Assembly: GCA_030141605.1 (NCBI GenBank)
Contig: JAQGDQ010001197.1
Span: 38,072 to 56,045 of the forward strand
Length of the DNA stretch: 17,974 nt
Direction: 5' to 3'
DNA from: Tubiluchus corallicola
Lineage: Eukaryota; Animalia; Priapulida
Part shown: positions 16,751 through 17,974 of the stretch, piece by piece
How the letters are laid out: each line of letters begins with the position of its first letter
Numbering within the stretch: the first letter of the stretch is position 1
The notes under the pieces: model-generated
What the model saw: only the letters and a program-made list of their open reading frames with translations
Database searches by the model: none
What the model was told of the DNA's origin: nothing
Program-made: the position numbers and the translations under genes

Positions 16751-17527
16751 TACTTTTGTGTTGTAGAATTCTCGCTTAATAAACTAGTTTAATTTGACGA
16801 CGTGTTTTCTGGTTTTCTCTACGAGCCTTCCGAGAGAAACAAAACACAACAGTTATATAGGCCTTTAAGTCACATATTGTGAAGATGGGAAGGTAGTTGG
16901 AAAAACCTGTTAATATGCACCCTGAAATGAGCCTATGATCGATTATATTGGTAAATATATTGTCAAAAAGTGTAGCCGATAGGTCAGTAATTCTTTTTGA
17001 ACGGGTAATGAGAAGAAAATTTGCGAGTATGCTGTTTAGAAACAGTTTTATACATTTATGGATAGAAAAGTTTAATAAGTTGAGATTGTAGTTACCAAGA
17101 AGAAAAATATGTTTAGGATGTCGGCACTGATTATAGAATAGAATATAGAACAGAATTTATTTTTACATACAAATTATATACACAATGTTTCTATAATGAA
17201 CCAATGGCATGTTAGTATTAATTAACATTTAAAATGGAACAGAATACCTTAAAATTAAATAAAACTAAAAAACGACCAAGTACTAAAACAGATAAGACAT
17301 AAAATACTTTGTAAAATTAATAACGGGCTGAAAGCAAAAGTTAGATAAGAGTACTTTTGTGTTGTAGAATTCTCGCTTAATAAATAGTTTAATAATTTGA
17401 CGACGTGTTTTCTGGTTTTCTCTACGAGCCTCAAGAGAAACAAAACACAACAGTTATATAGGCCTTTAAGTCACATATTGTAGAAGATGGGAAGGTAGTT
17501 GGAAAAACCTGTTAATATGCACCCTGA
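16751..17527. repeat. ~175-bp direct duplication (16751-16925 and 17352-17527)
   Basis: Near-identical copies TACTTTTGTGTTGTAGAATTCTCGC...TAATATGCACCCTGA, differing by a few small indels. Confidence 0.95.
16777..17132 (-). pseudogene. CR1/L2-group LINE APE endonuclease, C-terminal half (inactive)
   Basis: Stop-free frame KHIFLLGNYNLNLL...RITDLSATLFDNIFTN...SGCILTGFSNYLPIF. GDFN is changed to GNYN (17085-17096), DNIFTN is at 16947-16964, and SDH is changed to SNY (SNYLPIF at 16881-16901). Confidence 0.8.
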
Positions 17528-17974
17528 TCGGAGCAAAAACATCATTGTAGGTGTAACTTATCCACATCCTGGGATCAATCCAACTAATTTCATCGATACA
17601 TTTTCTAAATCTTTTGCATATGTATTATAAACGTTTTTACACACGTTTATTGACTGAAGTTTTAGAAACTGATGTTTGTTTTATTTCTTATTTTACGAAG
17701 TCCTTTAAAATTTGTCTAATTTAGTACTTGTGCCTAATTTTGGTTAGTTTTTTGTTTTTATTAGGATTAATTTTGCAAGGAACTTTAACCTGTTTAATTA
17801 GTACTTTTATCTAACTTTTGCTTTCAGTCCGCATCTAATTTTACAAAGTATTTTGTGATTTATCTGTTTTAGTACTTTAGTCGGTTTTTAGTTTTTTTAA
17901 TTTTAAGGTATTCTGTTCTATTTTATATTTTATAATAATAACATGCCATTGGTTCATTATAGAAACATTGTGTA
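17179..17974. repeat. ~175-bp inverted repeat (17179-17354 and 17801-17974, running to the window end); retroposon 3'UTR-like
   Basis: TACACAATGTTTCTATAATGAACCAATGGCATGTTA...AAGCAAAAGTTAGATAAGAGTAC is the reverse complement of the window end, roughly 85-90% identical by eye. The left arm continues on the minus strand into AATAAA plus a (TTCTA)n tail at ~17134-17161. Confidence 0.92.
17535..17610 (+). pseudogene. CR1/L2-group LINE endonuclease fragment (IIVGxxYRHP motif)
   Basis: Translates KNIIVGVTYPHPGINPTNFIDTFSK, resembling the KNIIVGVIYRHP..F..F motif that precedes GDFN in these endonucleases. The match is short. Confidence 0.6.

Noticed and set aside
16751-17527. TRIM or mini-LTR element formed by the 175-bp direct repeats
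   Set aside because: No TG..CA ends, PBS or PPT; the repeat overlaps LINE endonuclease sequence.

Overview
AT-rich animal (probably invertebrate) genomic DNA. From left to right: (1) A Tc1/mariner (Tc2/pogo-like) MITE and a tRNA-Gly-derived SINE relic. (2) A minus-strand gene with an intronless CDS encoding a type-I membrane protein: signal peptide, CUB, 12 EGF, WAP, TM, short tail. It has a plausible 5'UTR intron and promoter. (3) A 7.3-kb Gypsy LTR retrotransposon of the Gmr1 type (integrase before RT/RNase H, SCAN-like capsid) inserted in a (TTA)n microsatellite. Its single 1377-aa ORF is fully open, but the reverse-transcriptase catalytic core is missing in frame, and its LTR substitutions are confined to the first ~300 bp. 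(4) Microsatellites and decayed RTE and CR1/L2 LINE fragments. (5) A heat-shock-element plus TATA promoter with no visible HSP gene, pointing into a rearranged, partly inverted-duplicated LINE relic. All alignments and counts were done by eye; no database searches were run.
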